64,000 nucleotides of DNA from a virus. The notes under the pieces were generated by a model, which worked only from the letters and a program-made list of their open reading frames with translations, was not told where the DNA came from and did no database searches. A program made the position numbers and the translations under genes. Numbering within the stretch: position 1 is the first letter of the stretch; each line of letters starts with the position of its first letter. The DNA lies in IMG/VR virus record IMGVR_UViG_3300027708_001637. One strand, 5' to 3'. Positions 48,297 to 58,001 of the stretch are shown piece after piece.

Positions 48297-48692
48297 TTAT
48301 GCGTTGGCAGTTTCTAATATACTCAATACCAACTGTAATTGTCCATTAACATCGGCGTAGGCTTGAATACTGTCCAACTGTTCAACAATCAATTTACCAG
48401 TTAATGGACTACCAGCATCAGCAGATGGAATAGCATAGTTCAATACTAAGGTACTGGTAGTTTGTGCTGTTTGACCACCATTACCTTGTGCGTCAGCCAA
48501 AATTGGACGATTTCTAAAATGACTAAAACTAACGTAATGGGTCGCAGTATCCAAATTTGATACTTGTGCCATCAAAATAATTGCCGTAGTTCCAATAGGC
48601 GCAGTATAAACAGTGGCCGTTGAGCCACTTTTCCAAGTACTTTGCAGTTTTGCAGTTTTAGTTTTAAATGTGTTTAATGGTAATTGTGCCAT
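48297..48692 (-). CDS. Hypothetical virion-associated protein (131 aa)
   Basis: Clean ORF with SD, tightly packed in the fibre operon; VYTAP motif. Confidence 0.6.
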   Translation of the reverse strand: MAQLPLNTFKTKTAKLQSTWKSGSTATVYTAPIGTTAIILMAQVSNLDTATHYVSFSHFRNRPILADAQGNGGQTAQTTSTLVLNYAIPSADAGSPLTGKLIVEQLDSIQAYADVNGQLQLVLSILETANA

Positions 48693-48702
48693 TTTTTATC
48701 CT

Positions 48703-51700
48703 TTATAGAGCTTCAATAGCCAATATGAACGGTGTCATATTGGCAAATAGTGATTGTGTAAATGTTCTTCCTGATATAACACCAGTAGCTTGACTAATAA
48801 CTAGATTTGGACCAATTCTAAAATCACCGTTTTGATCAGTGCTGGTAAAAAATACCTTTCCGCTGTTCAACTGAACAGTTTCACGTTTCTGAACTGGGTC
48901 AGACTGTCCTACCTGAGGCAATGCTCCGTAGTTACTGCCGGCTCCAACATATTCAAACACATAACCACTTGCACTGATATAACTTCTTTGATAGAAATTA
49001 ACAGTGGAGCCGTCTTTGAATAGTTCAGTATCTGTAACTGCCTCTCCTAATTCAACAATGTGATATGTCCCAGGTCGACTCCAGTAACTTAACCCAGAGT
49101 AAATCATGTTATAATTACCGCCAGTTTCTAAATCATAGATCAACTGTTGGCAAATTAGTTCTACATCTCGCTGACATTTTAACTTTTGACCAGTACTATT
49201 ACTTCCGTCTAAAAGTCCAGGGTATGTGGCCTGTGTGTATGCGTATACTTCAGCACCAATTAGAAGTATATTTTCCCTAATCAATGTAATAGCATCAGCT
49301 GCACCGTTTGGAATTACGCCATTTTGTGTAATTGCATTAGATGGAACTACACTTAGTGCTGCATTGATATTAGTAGCTGTGATAATTGCTGTCAAATATC
49401 CAAATCTCAAATCAATAAAATCTTTTGCTAACGCACCTGTTGATCCAAAGTTAGATTCAAATGTTTGAGTAACAGTATTACCAGCACTTCTGTCAATTGC
49501 AGTATTATTAATAATACTATCAATTGTTAAATTCATACGGCGCAATGCATCTGCGTGTTGAGTAATTTGGCTTACTGCTGGACCTTGATATTTTGGATCA
49601 TTATTTGCTGTTAAAATATTAGTGCCTAACTTGTACGGATTATCAGCCACTGTGCTAGTTTGTACTGTATAATAGGCGTTTCCACAGAAATACAAAGTAA
49701 AATATCCGTTGTTGAACGAAAAATTAGCACCGCTAGTCAATGGGTGATTTAAAGAAATACTATTAAAATTAATATCAGTTACATAAGTACCTGTAGCACA
49801 ATACCAAATGCCTTGTGCAGGATTTGTATAGTAAGTGGACGTGGAATTTCCGTGCGTATCAACAGGATTTCCAAAATCATCGTGCAAATAACTAAAGTGA
49901 TCGTAAGGATATCCAAATTGATCCACTATATAGAGTTTGTTATTGATATAAACGTCTGTCGTATCAATGTCCACAAGATTAATAGTACCTGCAACTAATG
50001 TTCCTGTATTAGGTTTGGCATTTAAAAATCCTTCTAATACAACACCATTGGCTGCTAGTTCAGGACTGTTATACTCACTTAAATAATGATCAGGGGGCAC
50101 AACTTCCATGACCAAACTAATATGAGGCCTATTAGCAGTATCAGGTACAAATACTTCAACAGTGCCTCTATTCGGCCAATATCCATTTGGATAATATTGA
50201 TCCAAACCGCTATTAGTATCCCCTGCAACTAATGGATTAAACGGATAAGCTCTAAACAGAGGATTATAAACAGTTCCACTAAATGCTCGTTTACCATAAC
50301 CTTTAGCAACTAAACATAAATCTCCAAAGTTGGCATTACTGTTAACAATACTAGCAATGCCACCGTTGTCAACTTGTACACCCACTGATGAGAAAATTGT
50401 GAACACAGAAACTAACTGTGCATAGCCATTGTTGGTAATATGAATGCCAACGCCGCCTTGTGTTAATTGTGTAAACGCATCATAAACAAACGACTGGATA
50501 GGACTACGGTCGCTGATAACAGCACCGTCTACTAATGATCCGCCCATACCACCAATTGGATCAACTTTACGCTGATCCCAAGATGACTCACTACCAGTTT
50601 GCTGTAAACTCAATTTGTTAACTTGTAAATCTTGTAATGGGTACACATGAGTATCGCCAAAGTATAAACTTGCGTTATTTCCAAAACCTATTGTAGGTTG
50701 ATTTAAGCCTATTAGGTACTGTGTACTACTCAACGTTCCAATATAAGTAACAACCGGACTAAATTTGACATCGAGTCCGTTTATGCCAGTCAAAGCATAC
50801 AATCCGCTTCCAGCATATACTGGGGGTGCGGCAGATACACCATTGTTGATGATATTACTAATAATTCCATAATTTCGAGCTACGGCTTGTTGTGGCATAT
50901 AATTGCCGCCATAGCTGAAGAAAGTGTTAATAGTCTGAGTTGAAATTGTTCCAATTTGAGGAGTAACTGGCGTATTTGCAATAATTTGTTGACTAATTGC
51001 ACTAATATATGATATAGCCGCAGTAGTAGTTGTTAATTCGTCAGCAATATAATTATAGCCTTGATTCCAATAGGCCAAACCTGCTTCAATACTCTTCTGA
51101 TTTCCGCCCAATAAAATATCTTGACTAACAGCATCCACCATTAATCCAACATCTCGATAGCAATAACCTTGATCATAATAGAATGTACCAGTATTATAGG
51201 TATTATTAATATATGCCAAAGTCTCTGCAACTAAAAATGATTTGTTAGCTTCAATAATATTGTATGCATTAATAACATTGATATTGGTATCTGCGGTCAA
51301 ATTAATTGGAGTATAAACATATCCATCTGGACCATTAAGCAGGATATTAGTTAGTGTAGATATACCTTTATTGATTAAAGGAACTACACTTGAATTTGCC
51401 AAAGGTAAATTTGTTATTGGCGATACTTTTGCTTGCAAAGGAACATAGGAATAGACATTAGATGTTACGATAGTATTAATAACTGTATTTAAGAAACTAA
51501 ATGCAGCCACAGTGGCTGGAGTTTCGCCAGGAATATAACTACTACCAGGATCTTGTGAATAATAACTTAAACCACTTTGAATTGCTTGACGATTTCCGCC
51601 GTGTAATAAGTCAAATGCTACACTATTAACAACATAACCTAGATCTCTACGATAAGTTGTTCTAGCGTTGTTTTCATCTAAGAAACTGGGATTTAACGAA

Positions 51701-54555
51701 TCAATATATGCAATAACTTCATCTTGCATATATCCCACATTTGCTAATAATGAACTGTACGCATCTTTTACATTATACAAATTGCTTGGTTTTCCGTTAG
51801 GTATAATATGATCAGTCCAACCAGTAGTATTTCCACTCAAAATGCTTGTAATAATACTAAACTCGCTATTTAGAATTGCAACTTCAGCAACAGTAGCAGA
51901 TTGATTTCCAGTATTTTGCACAGAATTAGAGTAACGTGGGAATCCTAAAAGTGCATCAGTAGCAGAAGTAACATTTTGTATTATTTTAACAGCAATCTTT
52001 TGCAAATATGAAACCGCAGCAGTAGCTGTAGTAAGTCCACTGCTGTAGGCAGGAGACACATATCCGCCCTTGGTAAAATATTGTTTACCTGCAAATGTCA
52101 TTTGACTATACGTTGATGTTGAATATAGTAAATCAGAAGCAATACTATCAACGATAATACCCGTGTCTCTTGCACATTTAATTTGGTTGTATGGGAGATA
52201 ACCTGGTCCGCCACTAATTAAATTTTGATTTATATAATTAATAGTATTTTCTTGAATAAATGTTCGATTAGCTTGCAATAATATTTCAGCACTAACATAA
52301 GCTGCATCAGGACCTTGACTATTATAAATTGCAGGGGCAGCAGATGGCCCATTATTAATAATGGTAGTAATAATATTAAACAAATTATCAATGCTAGGTA
52401 CTGCAACTGCACCGCCTATCATTACAGTATTTCTAACTTGATTAATAGATGGTAAATTTTCAACTGGTAATAATACTGTACAGGTAGTATTGACAACTAC
52501 TTTTTGAAGTAATGAATTTAAATAGTTGATAGCATTGGTTGTTTGAATTTCTCGACCAGCAATTAAACTAACAACACCGTCAAAATATGACTTTCCTACT
52601 TCAATGCTTTTTTCGTTTCCGCCAAATGCAACATCATATGAAACATTTTCAACTAAAATTCCAACATCTCTATAGAATAATGCTTGATCATAAACTAATG
52701 TTGGATAAGTTTGATTCAAATAAGAAACAACTTGCCATTGCAAGAATGGCTTGTTGGCTAACATTAATGTACGAGCATTAAAGAATCCAGGATTTTGATG
52801 CCCACTATCAATACTTTGTCCTAACTGTATACCAGTGGCATTAGTATATACCCAACGATCTTGAGTATCATCCATAATGTATGTATCATACAAGTTAGGA
52901 TTTGTTATTCCTAACAGTTCAGAAGATGTTGCAAGCACAGTTATATAATTTGTTAATGTTTGCAATGAACCAGTATATTGAGTACTACTACTATTTGTAC
53001 GTCCTGTATTAATAAACCCATTAATTGGTAAATTATTAAAGTTTACAACAATTGAAGTTGTATTTGCAACCCAAGTCCCTGTTCCTACCGCAAAAGGAAC
53101 TTGCACAGTTTCATCAGGCACAAACATTGTGCCATCATTTAACCAAGGACCAGATACGTTTGTACAGTTTTGAATATAAGGACTGTGGAATAAATCAATC
53201 CGTTGTCCTTCTGGCAATGGAGGGAACGCCGTAGCATAAGCACCTCTATTAAATCCATTAGCATATTGTCCTGGTAGTAAACCGCTACGACCATTTAAGA
53301 ATTGCATAAATGCCAAATAACATCCGCTATTCATATGGAACAAGTCTTGTGTTTTGTTGATAGGTTCAACTCCAGTTGTACGTAGATCAGAACCTACGAT
53401 ACTTGTGTATGGCTTTAATTGAATTGGATTATTTTCTAAATAGTGACCTGGTGCAACACGAATTTGTGTGCCTGATTGATAGTAAGGACTGTTAATTGCA
53501 CCTGTAATAGTACGGCAAGCACGGCTAGCATCTTGTGCTCGGCCATCATTAGTGTCGTCGCCGTCCATTGTAACGTATAGGATGTTTGTAACAACTGGCG
53601 CAGTACCAATTGGATTAGAACCGCGAGCACGAATCTCACCAAAAATATCAAGGACGCCACCATTGCCTGTATCAGGATAAGCGATACCGTTGTTAGGTGA
53701 TACGTTGATATTTCCTGAACTATTGCCAAGGAATTGAGTGTAAATTTTATTTAGATAGCTGGTCGCCCAAGTAGCACTAGAACTACCAATTGTTCCAGTA
53801 GCTGTATTGCCTGGATATACGCCGCCGCCTACGTAAACATCTTTGGCAATTCCAACACCGCCATCAATAATTACTGATCCGCTGTTTGTCGCAGTAGTTG
53901 TTGCCGTAGATGTAATATGTAAGTTATTAAGAGTTAATCTTCCTAAACTAGGATTATATGTAATATGTGTACGTGCATCTAGCGGTACATCAGTTACGCC
54001 AATAGCATCTCCGTAAAGATAATTAAATCCTAAATCTTGTAAATTTTGTGCCCCAGTGCTGCCGTTATGGGGAATTAATTTATTTGTAAATGCTGGATAA
54101 AATTCATCATTTACATCAGTGGATAATACCAATAATTGCGAACTAGTTGTGGCAGTGGATGCTTGACTAATTCTGCCGTAAATAATTCCACCTACAGACA
54201 AATCTTGTTCAATTCCAACTCCACCAGCAAAATATGTAGAAGCTTCTTGCCTCTCAACAGTTGTACTAAACAGAGCCGTACCGCCTGGTGGCAAACCATA
54301 ACCATCAATAACTGATACTACAGTGCCGCCAACTGTTAATGACCCGTTGACATAACTTTTTGCATATGGATTACAAATAGATCCAACGTTTTGACCATTT
54401 GGAAAACTAGTATAGCCGTTGATAACAGTTTGCCCAGTAATAAAAATACTGGTGTTAACAATATTAATAGACCCTGGATTATTTCCCGGCTGCGGAGCTG
54501 GCAATGGACCGCTACTTGGTGGTCTTTGGGTTGTACCTGATGTTCTTCCTGCCAT
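48703..54555 (-). CDS. Large virion structural protein (1950 aa) with a pectin-lyase-like entry motif and five RD.G...D...GGN repeats
   Basis: NILYVTMDGDDTNDG...ACRTI, IRVAPGHYLE and IVGSDLRTT. Repeats at about 52670, 52170, 51645, 51155 and 49165. Confidence 0.65.
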   Translation of the reverse strand: MAGRTSGTTQRPPSSGPLPAPQPGNNPGSINIVNTSIFITGQTVINGYTSFPNGQNVGSICNPYAKSYVNGSLTVGGTVVSVIDGYGLPPGGTALFSTTVERQEASTYFAGGVGIEQDLSVGGIIYGRISQASTATTSSQLLVLSTDVNDEFYPAFTNKLIPHNGSTGAQNLQDLGFNYLYGDAIGVTDVPLDARTHITYNPSLGRLTLNNLHITSTATTTATNSGSVIIDGGVGIAKDVYVGGGVYPGNTATGTIGSSSATWATSYLNKIYTQFLGNSSGNINVSPNNGIAYPDTGNGGVLDIFGEIRARGSNPIGTAPVVTNILYVTMDGDDTNDGRAQDASRACRTITGAINSPYYQSGTQIRVAPGHYLENNPIQLKPYTSIVGSDLRTTGVEPINKTQDLFHMNSGCYLAFMQFLNGRSGLLPGQYANGFNRGAYATAFPPLPEGQRIDLFHSPYIQNCTNVSGPWLNDGTMFVPDETVQVPFAVGTGTWVANTTSIVVNFNNLPINGFINTGRTNSSSTQYTGSLQTLTNYITVLATSSELLGITNPNLYDTYIMDDTQDRWVYTNATGIQLGQSIDSGHQNPGFFNARTLMLANKPFLQWQVVSYLNQTYPTLVYDQALFYRDVGILVENVSYDVAFGGNEKSIEVGKSYFDGVVSLIAGREIQTTNAINYLNSLLQKVVVNTTCTVLLPVENLPSINQVRNTVMIGGAVAVPSIDNLFNIITTIINNGPSAAPAIYNSQGPDAAYVSAEILLQANRTFIQENTINYINQNLISGGPGYLPYNQIKCARDTGIIVDSIASDLLYSTSTYSQMTFAGKQYFTKGGYVSPAYSSGLTTATAAVSYLQKIAVKIIQNVTSATDALLGFPRYSNSVQNTGNQSATVAEVAILNSEFSIITSILSGNTTGWTDHIIPNGKPSNLYNVKDAYSSLLANVGYMQDEVIAYIDSLNPSFLDENNARTTYRRDLGYVVNSVAFDLLHGGNRQAIQSGLSYYSQDPGSSYIPGETPATVAAFSFLNTVINTIVTSNVYSYVPLQAKVSPITNLPLANSSVVPLINKGISTLTNILLNGPDGYVYTPINLTADTNINVINAYNIIEANKSFLVAETLAYINNTYNTGTFYYDQGYCYRDVGLMVDAVSQDILLGGNQKSIEAGLAYWNQGYNYIADELTTTTAAISYISAISQQIIANTPVTPQIGTISTQTINTFFSYGGNYMPQQAVARNYGIISNIINNGVSAAPPVYAGSGLYALTGINGLDVKFSPVVTYIGTLSSTQYLIGLNQPTIGFGNNASLYFGDTHVYPLQDLQVNKLSLQQTGSESSWDQRKVDPIGGMGGSLVDGAVISDRSPIQSFVYDAFTQLTQGGVGIHITNNGYAQLVSVFTIFSSVGVQVDNGGIASIVNSNANFGDLCLVAKGYGKRAFSGTVYNPLFRAYPFNPLVAGDTNSGLDQYYPNGYWPNRGTVEVFVPDTANRPHISLVMEVVPPDHYLSEYNSPELAANGVVLEGFLNAKPNTGTLVAGTINLVDIDTTDVYINNKLYIVDQFGYPYDHFSYLHDDFGNPVDTHGNSTSTYYTNPAQGIWYCATGTYVTDINFNSISLNHPLTSGANFSFNNGYFTLYFCGNAYYTVQTSTVADNPYKLGTNILTANNDPKYQGPAVSQITQHADALRRMNLTIDSIINNTAIDRSAGNTVTQTFESNFGSTGALAKDFIDLRFGYLTAIITATNINAALSVVPSNAITQNGVIPNGAADAITLIRENILLIGAEVYAYTQATYPGLLDGSNSTGQKLKCQRDVELICQQLIYDLETGGNYNMIYSGLSYWSRPGTYHIVELGEAVTDTELFKDGSTVNFYQRSYISASGYVFEYVGAGSNYGALPQVGQSDPVQKRETVQLNSGKVFFTSTDQNGDFRIGPNLVISQATGVISGRTFTQSLFANMTPFILAIEAL

Positions 54556-54583
54556 TTTATATTCCTTTAGAGTATTTATTGGA

Positions 54584-55126
54584 TTATGTGATCTGAAGTT
54601 GAATTGACTTCAAAGAGGGCACAGTTTTATGTGGCCAATGAGGATGACTTTGATACCTCACTGTAATTCCAAAACTTGGATCACTAATCGTCTCTCTTGT
54701 TAAATTTTTAACACCCCAATTGTCGGATACTCCGCCATAATTAGTAATTGGTGCTAATAAACTTGCTCCTGATCTAGGATCTATAATGCCTGCTGGTTTA
54801 TTGTTACCAATCAACTCCCCTTGATACGTAAGTTGAATAGTATCATCTACAATTCTGCCACCGCGGTCCATAATAATTATTGCTGATATACCTGTTATAA
54901 CATCAGGCAAATTATTAAAATTAAAACCGGTACATTCTAAATACCAAGTCTTATAAGTTAGGTCAAGTTTTGGACTACGTGCAATATGATATAACGGTGC
55001 CACTGTTTCTATATTAGCCAACGGATCAGAAGAAAGATATGCAAAATTTACATCTTGCCAAGCAATATTTTGTTCTGCTTCGGCATATTGTCTGATAGTG
55101 GAAGGACGGGACAACGTAGTAGTCAT
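54584..55126 (-). CDS. Hypothetical protein (180 aa), probably structural
   Basis: Preceded by two TAAATA motifs; contains YGG..DNWG...DPSFG. Confidence 0.6.
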   Translation of the reverse strand: MTTTLSRPSTIRQYAEAEQNIAWQDVNFAYLSSDPLANIETVAPLYHIARSPKLDLTYKTWYLECTGFNFNNLPDVITGISAIIIMDRGGRIVDDTIQLTYQGELIGNNKPAGIIDPRSGASLLAPITNYGGVSDNWGVKNLTRETISDPSFGITVRYQSHPHWPHKTVPSLKSIQLQIT

Positions 55127-55163
55127 CCTGTATTTACCTAAATTATTTACTATGCATTAAATG

Positions 55164-55188
55164 AAAAAAGGCTCCGAAGAGCCTTTTT
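55164..55188 (-). terminator. Rho-independent terminator
   Basis: AAAAAAGGCTC-CGAA-GAGCCTTTTT. Confidence 0.9.
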
Positions 55189-55203
55189 ATAATCGTCAAA
55201 CTA

Positions 55204-56631
55204 TTAAGCGTTTTGGATTTTTACAGTGCCAAGTACGCCGGTAGATGGAGCAGTGGCAGTGCCAAATGTCCAACCAACGTGCTGCGGTTCGTTGCCCAAT
55301 GGACCGCCTAATGGGAAATCAGGAGTACCATCACCTTTTGGATAAACTGTTGCACGGTGTGTAGTTAGTTTAGTAACCCAATAGTTTGCAGTAGTAGTAT
55401 GGTCAGTAGCAGTAATATATGCTTCGCCAACAGCTGGACTATTACTAGCGACTAATTTAACTGTAGCAATACCGTCTGCGGTACGAACTTGATAACGGCT
55501 GCTACCTTTTTGCTTGATAATATCACCAATCTTTGCGCCAGCACCAGTTGTATTGGCATAGATGATAATAGCATTTTCTTGATTAGTTGCAGCATTTTGA
55601 TCAGTACCTACATTATTACCAGAACCTAAGAAGCCGCCACTGTCAGTTGTTAATACTGCGGCGCCTGTTGCGCGAACTTCGCTACCAGACACTGTTGAGA
55701 ATGTTGGAAGTGCGTCTGCTACAGTAGTATAACCAGAACCTTTTTGTGCAATTTCAACAGTCTTAACACCGTAGTATACATCCATCTGAGCAGCAACACT
55801 TGGAGTTGCACCAGATACTCTAGTTACTGATACGTGTGCTGGACTAACTGCTGTGTAGTCACCTGCTGTTACTAGTTCAATGTCACCAATGCCCCATACA
55901 ACATTAATACGAGCGCCGGAACCGTTTGTATCACCAGAACCTTGTCCGTATGCTGGATAACCATTGTGCTGACCGTCAGCACCTGCTGTACTACGTGTGT
56001 TATCACTTGTTAGGTCAAAGTATGCTGGAGGAGTGCCTGTACCTGTCCAACGTCCGCTAGCGGCCACTGTTCCACTAATAAACGAATGATCATTGCCTGC
56101 GGTTGTGCCTGTTGTTGCTGGGAAAATTCTAAATGGGCTTGCCCAGTTTGTGCTGTTACCACCGTTGCTATTGTAACTATCAAGTACAATAGATTCTGTG
56201 CCATCGTAGTTGTTATTACCTTCACCTTCGGTATCTTTTGAAGGGTCAACTAAGAATGATTGAACACGTAAACTTGTTACGCGGAAAGTTGCCGTGGTGC
56301 CTGTGCCTGCGATACTAAAAATATCGCCAACTTGATATCCTTGACCTGCTGCCCACACTGTTGCTGTTGTTGCTTGAACATGAGTTACTGAACCTGTGGC
56401 TTGTACTCCGCCCGGAATATCAGGTGTAGAAAATGTAACTGCTGGAATACGTGCTAAGTAAGAACCAATATTACCGCTGCCAAAGTCGACGTTAGCAACA
56501 CCTTCGCCGCCGATGCCGTCATCTCCGCCGCGTCTGGTAATATTGCCGTTTCCGTCTTTAGTAACGCCTTGGGCACCACCGGTACCAATGTTGCGATTAC
56601 CAAAATATTTTTTATTTAAAGGACGTCCCAT
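55204..56631 (-). CDS. Virion protein downstream of the major capsid gene (possible head decoration or fibre anchor)
   Basis: MGRPLNKKYFG N-terminus, Gly/Thr-rich, with own promoter, SD and terminator. Confidence 0.55.
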   Translation of the reverse strand: MGRPLNKKYFGNRNIGTGGAQGVTKDGNGNITRRGGDDGIGGEGVANVDFGSGNIGSYLARIPAVTFSTPDIPGGVQATGSVTHVQATTATVWAAGQGYQVGDIFSIAGTGTTATFRVTSLRVQSFLVDPSKDTEGEGNNNYDGTESIVLDSYNSNGGNSTNWASPFRIFPATTGTTAGNDHSFISGTVAASGRWTGTGTPPAYFDLTSDNTRSTAGADGQHNGYPAYGQGSGDTNGSGARINVVWGIGDIELVTAGDYTAVSPAHVSVTRVSGATPSVAAQMDVYYGVKTVEIAQKGSGYTTVADALPTFSTVSGSEVRATGAAVLTTDSGGFLGSGNNVGTDQNAATNQENAIIIYANTTGAGAKIGDIIKQKGSSRYQVRTADGIATVKLVASNSPAVGEAYITATDHTTTANYWVTKLTTHRATVYPKGDGTPDFPLGGPLGNEPQHVGWTFGTATAPSTGVLGTVKIQNA

Positions 56632-56652
56632 TTTATTTTCTCCTTAAGAAAT

Positions 56653-56711
56653 TATGACGTTTTAGGTCATACGCGGTTGGATTTCCGCATAAGATTTACC
56701 CAATGTAAATC
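56653..56711 (-). promoter_or_regulatory. Three-hairpin structured 5' leader
   Basis: GAUUUAC/GUAAAUC, AUGCGG/CCGCGU and UAUGAC/GUCAUA lie between TAAATA (56720-56725) and AAGGAG-ATG. Confidence 0.55.
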
Positions 56712-56747
56712 GTACTCTATATTTATGTTGTATATTATTTTAGTCAA

Positions 56748-56779
56748 CAAAAAACCCTCCGAAGAGGGTTTTTGTTTTT
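56748..56779 (-). terminator. Rho-independent terminator after the major capsid gene
   Basis: AAAAAACCCTC-CGAA-GAGGGTTTTT. Confidence 0.92.
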
Positions 56780-56798
56780 AGTAAGTCTAATTAATAGA

Positions 56799-57977
56799 TT
56801 ACTGGAAGCTAACTGTAGCAGAGTTAATTTGAACTTTGCTTAGGTAGTCAGCAGCGTTACCTAAAGAACTAGCAGTATTATTGAGTTCCACATATCCATA
56901 ACGGGTTAGGAAGCCAACAACTGGTTCGAAGGTAGCTGGGTCAAGAACAACACCGGAACTCATCAACGGAATGTATGGGCAATAGAACGCAGCAGCATCT
57001 GCTTCGCTAGTACCTTTGTATCCAACCAATACTTGGTTGCTGTCGTTGCCTAGGTCGTTCAAGTAAGCGTCAACATAAATCTTCATAGCGCCATTCAATG
57101 TACCAACAAACTTGGTGTTAGTTGGAGCTTCGAATGTACCTTCTGTAGTACGAGCAAAAGCGCTAGTAGTAGCAGATTGTAGAATTGTCAATGCTTGGTT
57201 AGAAACAACAGCCCAGTTACCAGCACCACGACGTGTACGCTGAGCAATTAAGTTAGCAACACGGTTGATTTGGATAGCTAGAGCAGCGTGCTCGTCACCG
57301 ACGAATGTAGCAGTACCGCTAACTAAAGATTGATCATAAGTTTGATCAACTGTAGCCAAGCTACGTAGACTGTACAAGATTTCTTGGTCGATTTCAGCAG
57401 TAATTTCTTGTGCTAAAGCAGCCATGATTTCTGCTTCGATGTCAATACCTTGTTGGGCTTGTGCATCTTGAGCAGCTTCAAAAGTCCAGCGAGCGCTTAG
57501 TTTACGAGACTTAGCTTCAACTGGTGCTTTCAAGATTTGGATGCTCATTCTGTTACCAGGAGTTCCTTCAAGTGCACTTGTAGAAGCAGCACCTGGATTG
57601 CCATCATTGGCGTTACCAGAATATGCTTGAGCAATCTTGAATGGGCTCAATGCTTCTTCACCAGCTACAACGTTAGCTGCGGTATCAGCGTAGCGAACAC
57701 GTAGAGTGTGAATTTGACCAACTGGACCAGTCATTGGCTGAACGCCGATGATTTCGTTGGCGATAACTGTTGGCATAACACGACGGATAACAGGAAGAAT
57801 AACACGGTTAAGTGTTGCAATGTTACCAGCGGAAGTACCACCAGAGGTTGCGCTTTCAGCCAAATACTTACGTGTGTTTTCTAAGCATACATTCATGCTT
57901 GCACGACGAGTACCAGATAGGCCTTCAAGCAGAGCGTCTTTGGTCTCTGACCATCTTTCATTTAATAGTTGTGACAT
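56799..57977 (-). CDS. gp23: Major capsid protein (T4 gp23 family)
   Basis: Motifs IIGVQPMTGPVGQIH, SRKLSARWTFEAAQD, EIDQEI, YCPYIP and FLTRYG. Confidence 0.97.
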   Translation of the reverse strand: MSQLLNERWSETKDALLEGLSGTRRASMNVCLENTRKYLAESATSGGTSAGNIATLNRVILPVIRRVMPTVIANEIIGVQPMTGPVGQIHTLRVRYADTAANVVAGEEALSPFKIAQAYSGNANDGNPGAASTSALEGTPGNRMSIQILKAPVEAKSRKLSARWTFEAAQDAQAQQGIDIEAEIMAALAQEITAEIDQEILYSLRSLATVDQTYDQSLVSGTATFVGDEHAALAIQINRVANLIAQRTRRGAGNWAVVSNQALTILQSATTSAFARTTEGTFEAPTNTKFVGTLNGAMKIYVDAYLNDLGNDSNQVLVGYKGTSEADAAAFYCPYIPLMSSGVVLDPATFEPVVGFLTRYGYVELNNTASSLGNAADYLSKVQINSATVSFQ

Positions 57978-58001
57978 TTTATTTGTCTCCTTGAATATAA
58001 A

